Below are positions 11,579-20,512 of a stretch of 64,000 bases of DNA, piece after piece; the stretch's first letter is position 1; each line of letters opens with the position of its first letter. Under the pieces are notes generated by a model, which did no database searches, had not been told where the DNA came from, and saw only the letters and a program-made list of their open reading frames with translations. The translations under genes and the position numbers were made by a program. This stretch comes from an uncultured Alphaproteobacteria bacterium (GTDB lineage: Bacteria > Pseudomonadota > Alphaproteobacteria > HIMB59 > GCA-002718135): NCBI GenBank assembly GCA_902576125.1, contig CACGUF010000005.1, positions 18,657 through 82,656 on the forward strand, in the 5' to 3' direction.

Positions 11579-13015
11579 ATGTCATTAAATTTTTATAGAA
11601 GAGTTGCATTCGGTTTATCACCGACAGATGATCTTCCTCAAGAACCTCTTAAATGGGCATTAAACCAATTAAATTCTATCCCTGATTTTTTATGGCAAGG
11701 CTCTATTCCAACAGAAAAAGAATTAAGAAAAAAATACGGAGAATGGGTATATGGAGATAGAAAAGTATTAAGAAAAAAATTTAAAAATGACAAAACTTCT
11801 TACAGAAAAGCAAAAGATGAATTGAGAATAGAAACTGGTGAAAGATATTTTGAGTTAAATGAACACGCTATTCGGCATTATCAAACAAAGTATGGAACTC
11901 AACCTGTATTTGAGCGCTTCTGGCTATTTTGGGGAAATCATTTTGCGATAAGTGAAAAAGATTCTTTACCAGAGTTCAGTACCGGCCCTTATCAACGTGA
12001 AATTATAAGACCCAACATGGTTAAAAATTTTGAAGAGATGGTTCAGGCTGTTACAACTTCGTGGAGCATGATTCATCACCTTGACAACTCAGAATCTGTT
12101 GGCCCCAATTCTAAAAAAGGAATTGAATGGAGGGAAACTATAAACGAAAATCATGCAAGAGAATTGTTAGAACTCCATACTGTATCTCCAAGTGCGGGAT
12201 ATACGCAAGAGGATGTAATCCAATTAGCATATATAATGACTGGTTGGGGTCACAAGTGGAGTAGGAAAAATCTAGAAACAGGGGATGTCTGGTTTGATCA
12301 AGAAAAGCATCAAAAAGGTGATAAGGTAGTTTTAGGTATCAATTATAAAAATGATGCAAAAAGGGAACTTGCAAAAGTAATCCATGATTTAGCTACACAC
12401 CCGATTTGTATTAAGTTTGTCTCAACTAAATTATGTAGGCACTTTATCACTGATGAACCAACGCAAGAAATGATAGACCCAGTAATTGAGGCATGGAATA
12501 AATCTAATGGTAATTTAATTGAAATTCATAAAGCTGTTGTTACTCAAGCTTTTAAATACAATGACAATACTCATAAATTTCATCCACCTGAAATCTGGTT
12601 AATGCAGTTATCTAGAATGTTCGATTTAAATATTCCTCTTTCAGCTGAAAAGATGAGCTATACCTTTAAACACAAACCAAATAATAAACAAAAAAAACTA
12701 TCGTGGATTCTGCGCGAACTAGGCAATTCACCTTATAGAGCTAAACAACCTAATGGTTGGAGTGATTTTGAAGTAGATTGGGTATCGCCAGAATTGTTAT
12801 TAAGACGTTTTTGGTTTGCTTCAGTTGAATTGCCATATCTAGTTAAATCACAAAATAAATCACATGATTTTATTTTAAGTTGTTTGAAAAATAATTTTGA
12901 AGATCATGAAAAAATCGCCTCTCTAATTGATCAATTTAGGTTCGGCACTACAGATAAAGATTTAGGGAGAAAATATGGAATTATATGCAATTTACCAGGA
13001 GTATTAAAGGTATGA
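11579..13015 (+). CDS. DUF1800-family protein
   Basis: FWGNHF, LDN, NENHARELLELHT, YTQEDV, TGW motifs; start refined to ATG 11579 to avoid overlap with trpF-like gene. Confidence 0.88.
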   Translation: MSLNFYRRVAFGLSPTDDLPQEPLKWALNQLNSIPDFLWQGSIPTEKELRKKYGEWVYGDRKVLRKKFKNDKTSYRKAKDELRIETGERYFELNEHAIRHYQTKYGTQPVFERFWLFWGNHFAISEKDSLPEFSTGPYQREIIRPNMVKNFEEMVQAVTTSWSMIHHLDNSESVGPNSKKGIEWRETINENHARELLELHTVSPSAGYTQEDVIQLAYIMTGWGHKWSRKNLETGDVWFDQEKHQKGDKVVLGINYKNDAKRELAKVIHDLATHPICIKFVSTKLCRHFITDEPTQEMIDPVIEAWNKSNGNLIEIHKAVVTQAFKYNDNTHKFHPPEIWLMQLSRMFDLNIPLSAEKMSYTFKHKPNNKQKKLSWILRELGNSPYRAKQPNGWSDFEVDWVSPELLLRRFWFASVELPYLVKSQNKSHDFILSCLKNNFEDHEKIASLIDQFRFGTTDKDLGRKYGIICNLPGVLKV

Positions 13016-14163
13016 ACTGTACAAGAAGAAATTTTTTAATTGGAGGATCAACAACATTATTTCTCTCAGGATTTTTCCCTAAAATTAGCTTTTCTTCCAT
13101 GAAGAAGAAAAACCTAATAATTATTTCACTTCGTGGGGGAATGGATGGACTAACAGCAATACCAATAATTGGAGATAAGCGATTAAAGAAGTTAAGAAAA
13201 AAACTAATCTTAGAGGATGTTTTAAAATTAAATAATGATTTTGGTCTTCATCCTAAATTAGAAATTTTTCATCGACTTTGGAAAGATGATAAGGCAGCAT
13301 TTGTTCATGCAACTAATATTCCTTATACAGGTAGATCACATTTTGATGGACAAAATCTAATGGAAACAGGGGCTCACATTCCATACAAAGAAAAGACCGG
13401 ATGGCTTGGGAGGGGGTTGTTAGCATCAGATATTGTTGGAAAGGGTCTTGCAATATCTTTGCCTATGCCACTTTTATTAAGAGGAGTTCCTCAAAACAAT
13501 AACTTCTTTCCATCTCCAGATTTTGTTGAAAAAAAATTGATAGATAAAATTTATAATGAGTTTAAAGGTGATCATAATGAGCTCATCAAATCTACATTAG
13601 ATACAATCAGGCAAAGACCATTATCAATGCAAATTGCAACAGACTCAGGAGATAGAAAAAAACTTGCTCTTGAGGCTGCAAAACAATTAAAAGATCAAAG
13701 TGGTCCAAGAGTAGCTGTTTTTGAATTAGATGGTTTTGATACTCATGCAGCACAGGGAGGTGTGGATGGAGCTCATGCTGATGAATTAGAAGAGGTAAAT
13801 GAAATTGTAAAAATTCTAAGCGAAAATCTGGGCAATGCTTTTGATAATACTCTTATTTTGACCTTAACAGAATTTGGAAGAACAATAAAACAAAATGGAG
13901 GTTATGGAACAGAACACGGTTATGGTAGTGCAATATTAATGGCAGGTGGTTTGTTAAAAAAATCACAGGTGTATACAGATTGGCCTGGTTTAAAAAAGAA
14001 AGAATTATTTGAAGGTAGAGATCTAAATTCCACTATTGATTCAAGAGCTGTTTATAATTCAGCCATGTCTATTTGTTTTGATAAGGATCCGGAATTTTTA
14101 CGCCGAGAAGTTTTTTGGGGAGATGATTTGCCAAATTTAACTGAAGAATTGTTTAAGATTTAG
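13012..14163 (+). CDS. DUF1501-family protein with Tat signal
   Basis: TRRNFL twin-arginine signal, LRGGMDGL, RSHFDGQ, GFDTHA, EFGRT, GTEHG; ATGA overlap with DUF1800 stop. Confidence 0.88.
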   Translation: MNCTRRNFLIGGSTTLFLSGFFPKISFSSMKKKNLIIISLRGGMDGLTAIPIIGDKRLKKLRKKLILEDVLKLNNDFGLHPKLEIFHRLWKDDKAAFVHATNIPYTGRSHFDGQNLMETGAHIPYKEKTGWLGRGLLASDIVGKGLAISLPMPLLLRGVPQNNNFFPSPDFVEKKLIDKIYNEFKGDHNELIKSTLDTIRQRPLSMQIATDSGDRKKLALEAAKQLKDQSGPRVAVFELDGFDTHAAQGGVDGAHADELEEVNEIVKILSENLGNAFDNTLILTLTEFGRTIKQNGGYGTEHGYGSAILMAGGLLKKSQVYTDWPGLKKKELFEGRDLNSTIDSRAVYNSAMSICFDKDPEFLRREVFWGDDLPNLTEELFKI

Positions 14164-14189
14164 AAATAAATAATTTTTTTTGATTTTTC

Positions 14190-14606
14190 ATGATAAATGA
14201 TCATATGATTTCAGAAAATTTTGAAAAGCTTTTTCAAGCTGCAAAAGATGTTCGAGATAATGCGCATGTTCCTTATTCAAAGTTTAAAGTAGGCGCTGCA
14301 TTTCTTACAGAGGACAATTCGATTGTTGCGGGGTGCAATGTTGAGAATGCGGCATACCCACAATCACAATGTGCAGAAGCAAGTGCAATAGGAAACCTTG
14401 TAGCAAAGGGTTTTACAAAAATTAAAGAAGTAGTTGTTATTGGTTCAGGTGAATTGTTATGTTCTCCGTGTGGAGGATGCAGGCAAAGATTAAGAGAGTT
14501 TGCAGCACTCGATGTTAATATTCATATGTGTAATATTAATGGACATATTAAAACATCAACACTAGAAGATTTACTTCCTGACTCCTTTGGTCCAGAAAAT
14601 TTATAA
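14190..14606 (+). CDS. cdd: cytidine deaminase
   Basis: PYSKFKVGAA, GCNVENAAYP..QCAE, SPCGGCRQ. Confidence 0.95.
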   Translation: MINDHMISENFEKLFQAAKDVRDNAHVPYSKFKVGAAFLTEDNSIVAGCNVENAAYPQSQCAEASAIGNLVAKGFTKIKEVVVIGSGELLCSPCGGCRQRLREFAALDVNIHMCNINGHIKTSTLEDLLPDSFGPENL

Positions 14607-15433
14607 TGTATTCCTCATCAAAATCTTTTTTAGAACAAACAAATACACAGCCAGAAGTTGCTGTTATTTTAGGATCGGGTTTAACAAATTTTTTTGAAAC
14701 GCAAAATATTATTAAAGAAATACCCTATACTGATCTTCCAGAATTTCCTCAACCTACAGTAAAGGGACATGCAGGCAAATTAGTTTTAGGTGAGATTGCT
14801 GATAAAAAAATAGTTTGCATGTACGGTAGATCACATATCTATGAAGGGCATGAACCAAATAGTCTTGCTAAACCAATTCGCGTATTAAAAGACATAGGAT
14901 GTAAACTTTTAATAGTTACTAATGCAGCAGGAAGCCTTGATGAAAATATGCCAGCTGGAAGTTTAATGGCAATATCCGATCATATTAATTGGAGTGGCTA
15001 CAATCCTTTAATTGGAAAAAATCAAGATGAGTACGGACCTAGATTTCATGATATGAGCGATGGTTACCATAAATATTACCGTCATCAATTGCTGGAAATT
15101 GGCAAAAAAAATAATCAACAAATCTTTGAAGGTATTTACTGTATGTATTCTGGTCCAAATTTTGAAACGCCTGCAGAAATTAATGCTCTAAAAGTAATCG
15201 GTGGTAATGCCGTAGGCATGTCAACAGTTCCAGAAGTATTAGTAGCTAATCATTGTAATCTTCCTGTTATTGCAATTAGTGTCATAACGAATTTAGCTGC
15301 AGGGATGAATAAAACAAAACTAAGTCATAAAGAAACATTGGAAAACGCTAGTCTTGCTGAACAAAATATTGTTCAACTAATTAAAAACTTTATTACAGAA
15401 GTGAAATTTAATGATCCCACAGGAAATAATTAG
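14606..15433 (+). CDS. punA: purine-nucleoside phosphorylase (trimeric PunA/XapA type)
   Basis: ILGSGL, GHAG, GRSHIYEG, TNAAG, GPNFETPAE, VGMSTVPE. Confidence 0.93.
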   Translation: MYSSSKSFLEQTNTQPEVAVILGSGLTNFFETQNIIKEIPYTDLPEFPQPTVKGHAGKLVLGEIADKKIVCMYGRSHIYEGHEPNSLAKPIRVLKDIGCKLLIVTNAAGSLDENMPAGSLMAISDHINWSGYNPLIGKNQDEYGPRFHDMSDGYHKYYRHQLLEIGKKNNQQIFEGIYCMYSGPNFETPAEINALKVIGGNAVGMSTVPEVLVANHCNLPVIAISVITNLAAGMNKTKLSHKETLENASLAEQNIVQLIKNFITEVKFNDPTGNN

Positions 15434-16724
15434 AAGAAAGAGAGATAAGAAAGTTCTTTCAAAAGAAGAAATCTCTCTTTTTGTAAAAGGTTTAACGGAT
15501 GGATCTTTTTCAGATTCACAAGTTGCTGCAATGAGTATGGCTATTTTTTTAAATGGCATGATACCAGAAGAAACAGTTAATTTAACTGAAGCAATGACAA
15601 CTTCGGGAGAGACAATAAATTGGGAAGGTGTCGTTGATACAGATTTAGTCTGTGATAAACATTCTACTGGCGGTGTTGGAGACAAAACCAGCATTATTCT
15701 TGCGCCTATTTTAGCAGCTTGCGGATTATTCGTTCCAATGATTTCAGGACGAGGTCTTGGACATACTGGAGGGACTCTTGATAAATTTGATTCTATCTCA
15801 GGCTACAATACTCAACCTGATCTAGACACATTTAAGAGAACAGTGAAAGAAGTTGGCTGCGCGATTATAGGACAAACTGCAAACTTAGCACCCGCAGATA
15901 AAAAACTATACTCAATTAGAGACATTGTTGGCACTGTAGAATCTTTGCCATTAATTACATCATCTATTTTATCAAAAAAAATTGCATCAGGCTTAAGGAC
16001 ATTGGTATTGGACGTTAAGGTCGGTAATGGTTCATTTAATAGCACTATAGATATAGCAAGAGATTTATCCCATTCTCTTGTAAGAGTAGCAAAAGGTGCA
16101 GGTTTACAATGTGAGGCTATTATAACTGATATGAATCAGGTTTTAGGAAAAAGTGCAGGCCATATTTTAGAGATATCAGAATGTATTAGTTTTCTAAAAA
16201 ACCAAGAAAAAGAAACAAGACTTGAAAAAATTACGTATGAATTAATAGCTTCAATTTTAATGATGTCACAAAAGCTTTCCAAAGAAGCTGCTCTTGAAAA
16301 AATTAATAGCGTAATGTCAAATGGAGAAGCAGCAGAAAAATTTGAAAAAATGGTCCATGCTTTAGGAGGCCCTTCTGATATTTTATCCTCACATGAAAAA
16401 CATTTAAAGATTAATGCTATAAGGAAAGATATTTTTCCAACAAAATCTGGTTGGGTAGAGAAAATTAAAACAAGAGATTTAGGATTGATTCTTATTGAGT
16501 TAGGTGGAGGAAGAAAACAAGTTACGGATAAAATTAATTTTAATGTAGGTTACAATAATATTTTACGGGTTGGTGATAAGGTTGATCCAAGCCTTCCTCT
16601 TTTAAGTGTTTTTATAAAATCAGCAGATGATTATGAAACTGTTAGCAAAAAAATACAGGACTGTTTTATTATAGCTGATTCTGAAGTATCTGAACTTCCC
16701 TATACCTATGAAGTAATAAACTAA
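15411..16724 (+). CDS. deoA: thymidine phosphorylase
   Basis: DKHSTGGVGDK, ISGRGLGHTGGTLDK, SILSKK, LDVKVGNG. Confidence 0.94.
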   Translation: MIPQEIIRRKRDKKVLSKEEISLFVKGLTDGSFSDSQVAAMSMAIFLNGMIPEETVNLTEAMTTSGETINWEGVVDTDLVCDKHSTGGVGDKTSIILAPILAACGLFVPMISGRGLGHTGGTLDKFDSISGYNTQPDLDTFKRTVKEVGCAIIGQTANLAPADKKLYSIRDIVGTVESLPLITSSILSKKIASGLRTLVLDVKVGNGSFNSTIDIARDLSHSLVRVAKGAGLQCEAIITDMNQVLGKSAGHILEISECISFLKNQEKETRLEKITYELIASILMMSQKLSKEAALEKINSVMSNGEAAEKFEKMVHALGGPSDILSSHEKHLKINAIRKDIFPTKSGWVEKIKTRDLGLILIELGGGRKQVTDKINFNVGYNNILRVGDKVDPSLPLLSVFIKSADDYETVSKKIQDCFIIADSEVSELPYTYEVIN

Positions 16725-17380
16725 TGAGCACACAGATAGAAATTGATGAAGATCTCATAAAATATTTACAAAATCTAGGGTACCGAAAAGATAAAGTTGT
16801 CGATGATTTAGAGAGGGAGACCAAGGCACTAGGCAGTGTAGCTCAAATGCAAATTGCTAAAGAGCAAGGTCAATTTTTAGAAATCATTGTCAAAACATCA
16901 AAAGCTAAATCATGTTTAGAGATTGGAAGGTTTACTGGTTTAAGTACATTATATATGGCGCGAGGACTTCCATCTGATGGCAGAATAGTTACGGTTGATA
17001 ATTCTGAAGAATTTTTACCATTAGCACAAAAATATTGGGACGAGGATGGTCTGACATCTAAAATTGAATCCATAATTGGAACGGGCACTGATGTGATGCA
17101 AAGTTTAATTGATCGCCAACATACATTTGATTTGATTTTTATTGATGCCGATAAAAATAATTATCCAAATTATTATGAATTATCTTTAAGTTTAGTTCCT
17201 TCAAATGGCATTATTATTATTGATAACATGCTATGGCACGGAGATGTGGTCGATAAAAAGAAAACTGATTCACAAACGAACACTATTCGTGATTTAAACC
17301 TAAAGATTAATCAAGATGATAGAGTGGAGTTTTCTTTATTGCCACTGTCTGATGGTCTCTCATTTGTTCGAAAAAAGTAA
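16724..17380 (+). CDS. class I SAM-dependent O-methyltransferase (caffeoyl-CoA OMT family)
   Basis: LEIGRFTGLS, FDLIFIDADK, IDNMLWHG. Confidence 0.9.
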   Translation: MSTQIEIDEDLIKYLQNLGYRKDKVVDDLERETKALGSVAQMQIAKEQGQFLEIIVKTSKAKSCLEIGRFTGLSTLYMARGLPSDGRIVTVDNSEEFLPLAQKYWDEDGLTSKIESIIGTGTDVMQSLIDRQHTFDLIFIDADKNNYPNYYELSLSLVPSNGIIIIDNMLWHGDVVDKKKTDSQTNTIRDLNLKINQDDRVEFSLLPLSDGLSFVRKK

Positions 17381-17387
17381 TATCTTA

Positions 17388-17415
17388 CTTGAAAAAATTT
17401 CATTAATCCCCATAT
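17388..17415 (+). promoter_or_regulatory. sigma32 (RpoH) heat-shock promoter
   Basis: CTTGAA (17388-17393), 14-nt spacer, CCCCATAT (17408-17415), directly upstream of the Hsp20 gene. Confidence 0.88.
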
Positions 17416-17420
17416 TTTTA

Positions 17421-17478
17421 ATGTTAGTATGCCATTATGGGTGCTGACATTTAACTTGCTTAATAAGGAGTTTTTATG
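17421..17478 (+). ncRNA. ROSE-like RNA thermometer in the hsp20 5' UTR
   Basis: 5' hairpin ATGTTAGTA...TGCTGACAT, then AACTTGCTT-AAT-AAGGAGTT in which the UUGCU motif pairs with the AGGAG Shine-Dalgarno. Confidence 0.72.
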
Positions 17479-17913
17479 ACAAGAAACCTATCCGTATGGA
17501 ATTCGCTTAGACCATTTTCAGTTGGATTTGACTCAATTTTTGAAGAATTTGATAGAATGCTAGAGTCAACTGAGCGGCACAATTCAAATTATCCACCCTA
17601 TAATATTCACAGAATAAATGAGAATAATTATAAAATTGAAGTAGCATTAGCTGGGTATTCAAAAGATGATATTGAATTAGAGCTTAAAGAAAATAATCTT
17701 ACTGTTCGCAACCGACAAAAAGAGAAAGTTGTGAATGAAGAAGGAAATGGCGTTATTCATAAGGGAATTTCAACCAGACAATTTGAAAGATCATTTACTA
17801 TCTCAGAAGATATAAAGGTTAAGAATGCTGAATTGTTGAATGGTCTGTTAAATATTGATTTAGAGCGCATCATACCTGAGGAAAAAAAGGCTCGCTTAAT
17901 AGAAATTAAATAA
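17476..17913 (+). CDS. ibpA: small heat-shock protein (Hsp20, IbpA family)
   Basis: NYPPYNI, IEVALAG, HKGISTRQFERSF, NGLLNIDL, IPEEKKARLIEI. Confidence 0.93.
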   Translation: MTRNLSVWNSLRPFSVGFDSIFEEFDRMLESTERHNSNYPPYNIHRINENNYKIEVALAGYSKDDIELELKENNLTVRNRQKEKVVNEEGNGVIHKGISTRQFERSFTISEDIKVKNAELLNGLLNIDLERIIPEEKKARLIEIK

Positions 17914-17947
17914 TTTATAAGTATTATAAAGATATTTAATAAGGATA

Positions 17948-17972
17948 GGGGCCCAATGTGGCCCCATTTTTA
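17948..17972 (+). terminator. intrinsic terminator after hsp20
   Basis: GGGGCC-CAATGT-GGCCCC followed by a T-rich tract. Confidence 0.75.
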
Positions 17973-18012
17973 TTTTATTGGAAAATGACAAAAGCTAAAC
18001 TATAATTAATTA

Positions 18013-18714
18013 ATGAAGTTAATTGTAATTATTATCTTTTTATTTAGTTCTCATCTATTTGCTCATCAGCCAAAGTTAATTAATTATTCACCCTCAATTG
18101 ATAATCCTCATCAAGTCATAGATCCAGAAATATCCAAAGCATATTATGGCAAGCTTGATGGTGAACCGCACTATTATATAATTAATAGTGAAGAAGAATT
18201 TTTATTTTATACTGGAATTTTAAGCCCTAAAGTTGATGATGATTACTTATGGTTATCGATTGCTGTGTATTCGATAAATGAAAAAAATAATAAAATTTTA
18301 AAATTTTTTGCTGACGGTCAGAACTTTAAATGGGAAGCTTGGTATGAACCATATGCTAGAGATTGGTATTGGAAAGGTCCTGAAATAGGAGCTGACGTAA
18401 ATGAAGATACAGGCTTTAAGAGAAGTTTTAATTTGGATGCAGGTTCTTACATGATACAAATTTTTAATCAGAATAATACAGGCCATTATTCTCTTGCTGT
18501 TGGAGAAGCAGAATTTTTTGGATCTAATTTGTGGGAGCAAATTTTAACATGGGCGCCTATCCTTTTATATATTGGACCCGCTATGGATATAGCGCATTGG
18601 CAAAAATTTGATATTCGCGCTTATATTCCTCACATAGCTCTAGTGGTTATAATATTCCTAATTTATTTTATTATTAAAAAGTTATTTTTTAGAAAACAAA
18701 AAAGATTTGTATGA
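18013..18714 (+). CDS. hypothetical exported, C-terminally membrane-anchored protein
   Basis: Signal peptide ending LFA-HQP; hydrophobic C-terminal helices; ATGA overlap with hupE/ureJ. Confidence 0.7.
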   Translation: MKLIVIIIFLFSSHLFAHQPKLINYSPSIDNPHQVIDPEISKAYYGKLDGEPHYYIINSEEEFLFYTGILSPKVDDDYLWLSIAVYSINEKNNKILKFFADGQNFKWEAWYEPYARDWYWKGPEIGADVNEDTGFKRSFNLDAGSYMIQIFNQNNTGHYSLAVGEAEFFGSNLWEQILTWAPILLYIGPAMDIAHWQKFDIRAYIPHIALVVIIFLIYFIIKKLFFRKQKRFV

Positions 18715-19313
18715 AATCAAATTTAATTTTATTTTTTTTATCTTTTGTACTTTTTGCCCCTTCAGTGCACGCACATACTTTTACCGGCATGGTAGGTTTT
18801 TATGATGGTCTTTCTCATCCAGTATTAGGAATAGATCATTTTTTAGCAATGGTTAGTGTTGGTGTTGTAAGCGCCCAAATAGGGGGGAGAGCAATTTGGA
18901 CTATTCCTGCAACCTTTGTTTTAATGATGATTATTGGCGGAACCATTGGTATGCTTATTGAAGTCTTTTTTTTTAACCTTGAAGAATCTGCCTTTGTAGT
19001 TGTTGAATATGGGATAGTTTTTTCTGTCATTTTATTGGGTTTAGCAATTGCTATAGAAAAAAAAATTGCCACTAACATTATAATGATTTTCATTTGCATT
19101 TTTGGAATGTGTCACGGATTAGCTCACGGCATGGAGATGCCATGGGCAGTAAATCCAATTTTATTTGCTCTTGGCTTTGCTTCTGGAACAGCAACATTAC
19201 ATTTATTTGGTGTGGGAATAGGAAGTCTAGCTATTAAGACCAAATTTTCATCGATTGTTCTAAGAATTGTTGGATTCGGATGTGCGCTGTTCGGTTTTTC
19301 TTTATTAATTTAA
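18711..19313 (+). CDS. HupE/UreJ-family Ni/Co transporter
   Basis: AHT after signal peptide, GLSHPVLGIDHFLAMV, HGLAHG, LH motifs. Confidence 0.9.
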   Translation: MKSNLILFFLSFVLFAPSVHAHTFTGMVGFYDGLSHPVLGIDHFLAMVSVGVVSAQIGGRAIWTIPATFVLMMIIGGTIGMLIEVFFFNLEESAFVVVEYGIVFSVILLGLAIAIEKKIATNIIMIFICIFGMCHGLAHGMEMPWAVNPILFALGFASGTATLHLFGVGIGSLAIKTKFSSIVLRIVGFGCALFGFSLLI

Positions 19314-19330
19314 ATTAGAATAATTCTAAA
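19314..19330 (+). promoter_or_regulatory. Irr-binding ICE-like box upstream of the Fe3+ ABC operon
   Basis: ATTAGAA-TAA-TTCTAAA versus alphaproteobacterial ICE consensus TTTAGAA-N3-TTCTAAA (one mismatch). Confidence 0.6.
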
Positions 19331-19489
19331 AAAGTATGTTTTTTAGCAATTACTGTGATTTTCTAAATTAAATATTTAATTACTATTTTTTAAGAATATT
19401 TATTCATAAGATTCTCAATAAGAGAACAAGAGGGTTGATGATGTTAGGTATCAGCAACCCTCCAACAACATATAATTGAAAGTTTAATT

Positions 19490-20512
19490 ATGAAAAACTA
19501 TTTTCTCAAACTCTTAGCAACTTTTTGTTTTATTTTTTGTTTTACTGAGACTGTTTATGCAAAAAGTGAAGTAAATGTATATTCTTACAGACAACCAATA
19601 CTTATAGACCCTTTTTTTGATGAGTTTACAAAAACCACTGGAATAAAAGTAAATGTTCTTCATGCTAAAAAAGGTCTTTTAGAAAGGGTAATTTCAGAAG
19701 GAGCTAATACGCCTGCAGATTTAGTTTTGACAGTAGATATTGCTAGATTGAGTCAATTTGTTCAAAAAGATTTATTAATGGAAGTGAGTTCTGATATTCT
19801 AAATAAAAATATTCCTTCACATCTTAGAGATAGTAACAATAAATGGTTTGCACTATCAAAGAGAGCAAGGATATTAGCAGTATCAAAAGACAGAGTTTCT
19901 AATAATTCTATTAAGAATATAGAAGACCTCGCTGATCCAAAATGGAGAGGAAAAATATGTACAAGACCTGGCAGTCATGACTACAATAGATCTTTATTAG
20001 CATCAATTATTGCTGCTAATGGAGAACAAAAAGCAGAAGAGTGGGCATCGAATTTAGTTTTAAACTTAGCAAGAAAACCAGAAGGAAATGACAGAGCACA
20101 AGCTAAGGCAGTCCATGAAGGCGTTTGTGACATTGCTGTGATGAATACTTATTATTTTGGTAAGATGAAATTTAATGAAAAGAATCCAGAACAAAAAGAA
20201 TGGGCAAAATCCATTAACTTAATATTTACTAATCAAGATAACAGAGGAAATCATATAAACGTTGCAGGTGGTGGTGTTGTAAAATATTCAAAAAATAAGG
20301 ATAATGCTATAGCTCTACTTGAGTTTTTAACTCAGCCAGAGGCACAAGTATTATACTCAAAAATGAATTATGAATATCCAGTAAATCCAAACGTTGAACC
20401 CTCTGAAGAGCTAAGCTCCTGGGGAGTTTTTAAAGAAGACCAATTGCCCGTTGAGCGACTTGCAGAACTTGCACCTACTGCACAAAAAATTATTGATAGA
20501 GTTGGTTGGTAG
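19490..20512 (+). CDS. Fe3+ ABC transporter substrate-binding protein (FutA/FbpA/Sfu family)
   Basis: VNVYSYRQ, EGANTPADL..TVD, GNDRAQ, NTYY (Fe-ligand Tyr pair), GNHINVAG. Confidence 0.92.
   Translation: MKNYFLKLLATFCFIFCFTETVYAKSEVNVYSYRQPILIDPFFDEFTKTTGIKVNVLHAKKGLLERVISEGANTPADLVLTVDIARLSQFVQKDLLMEVSSDILNKNIPSHLRDSNNKWFALSKRARILAVSKDRVSNNSIKNIEDLADPKWRGKICTRPGSHDYNRSLLASIIAANGEQKAEEWASNLVLNLARKPEGNDRAQAKAVHEGVCDIAVMNTYYFGKMKFNEKNPEQKEWAKSINLIFTNQDNRGNHINVAGGGVVKYSKNKDNAIALLEFLTQPEAQVLYSKMNYEYPVNPNVEPSEELSSWGVFKEDQLPVERLAELAPTAQKIIDRVGW

Noticed and set aside
19401-19420. Possible Fur box (TATTCATAAGATTCTCAATA)
   Set aside because: Only one half-site resembles the consensus; not distinguishable from AT-rich background
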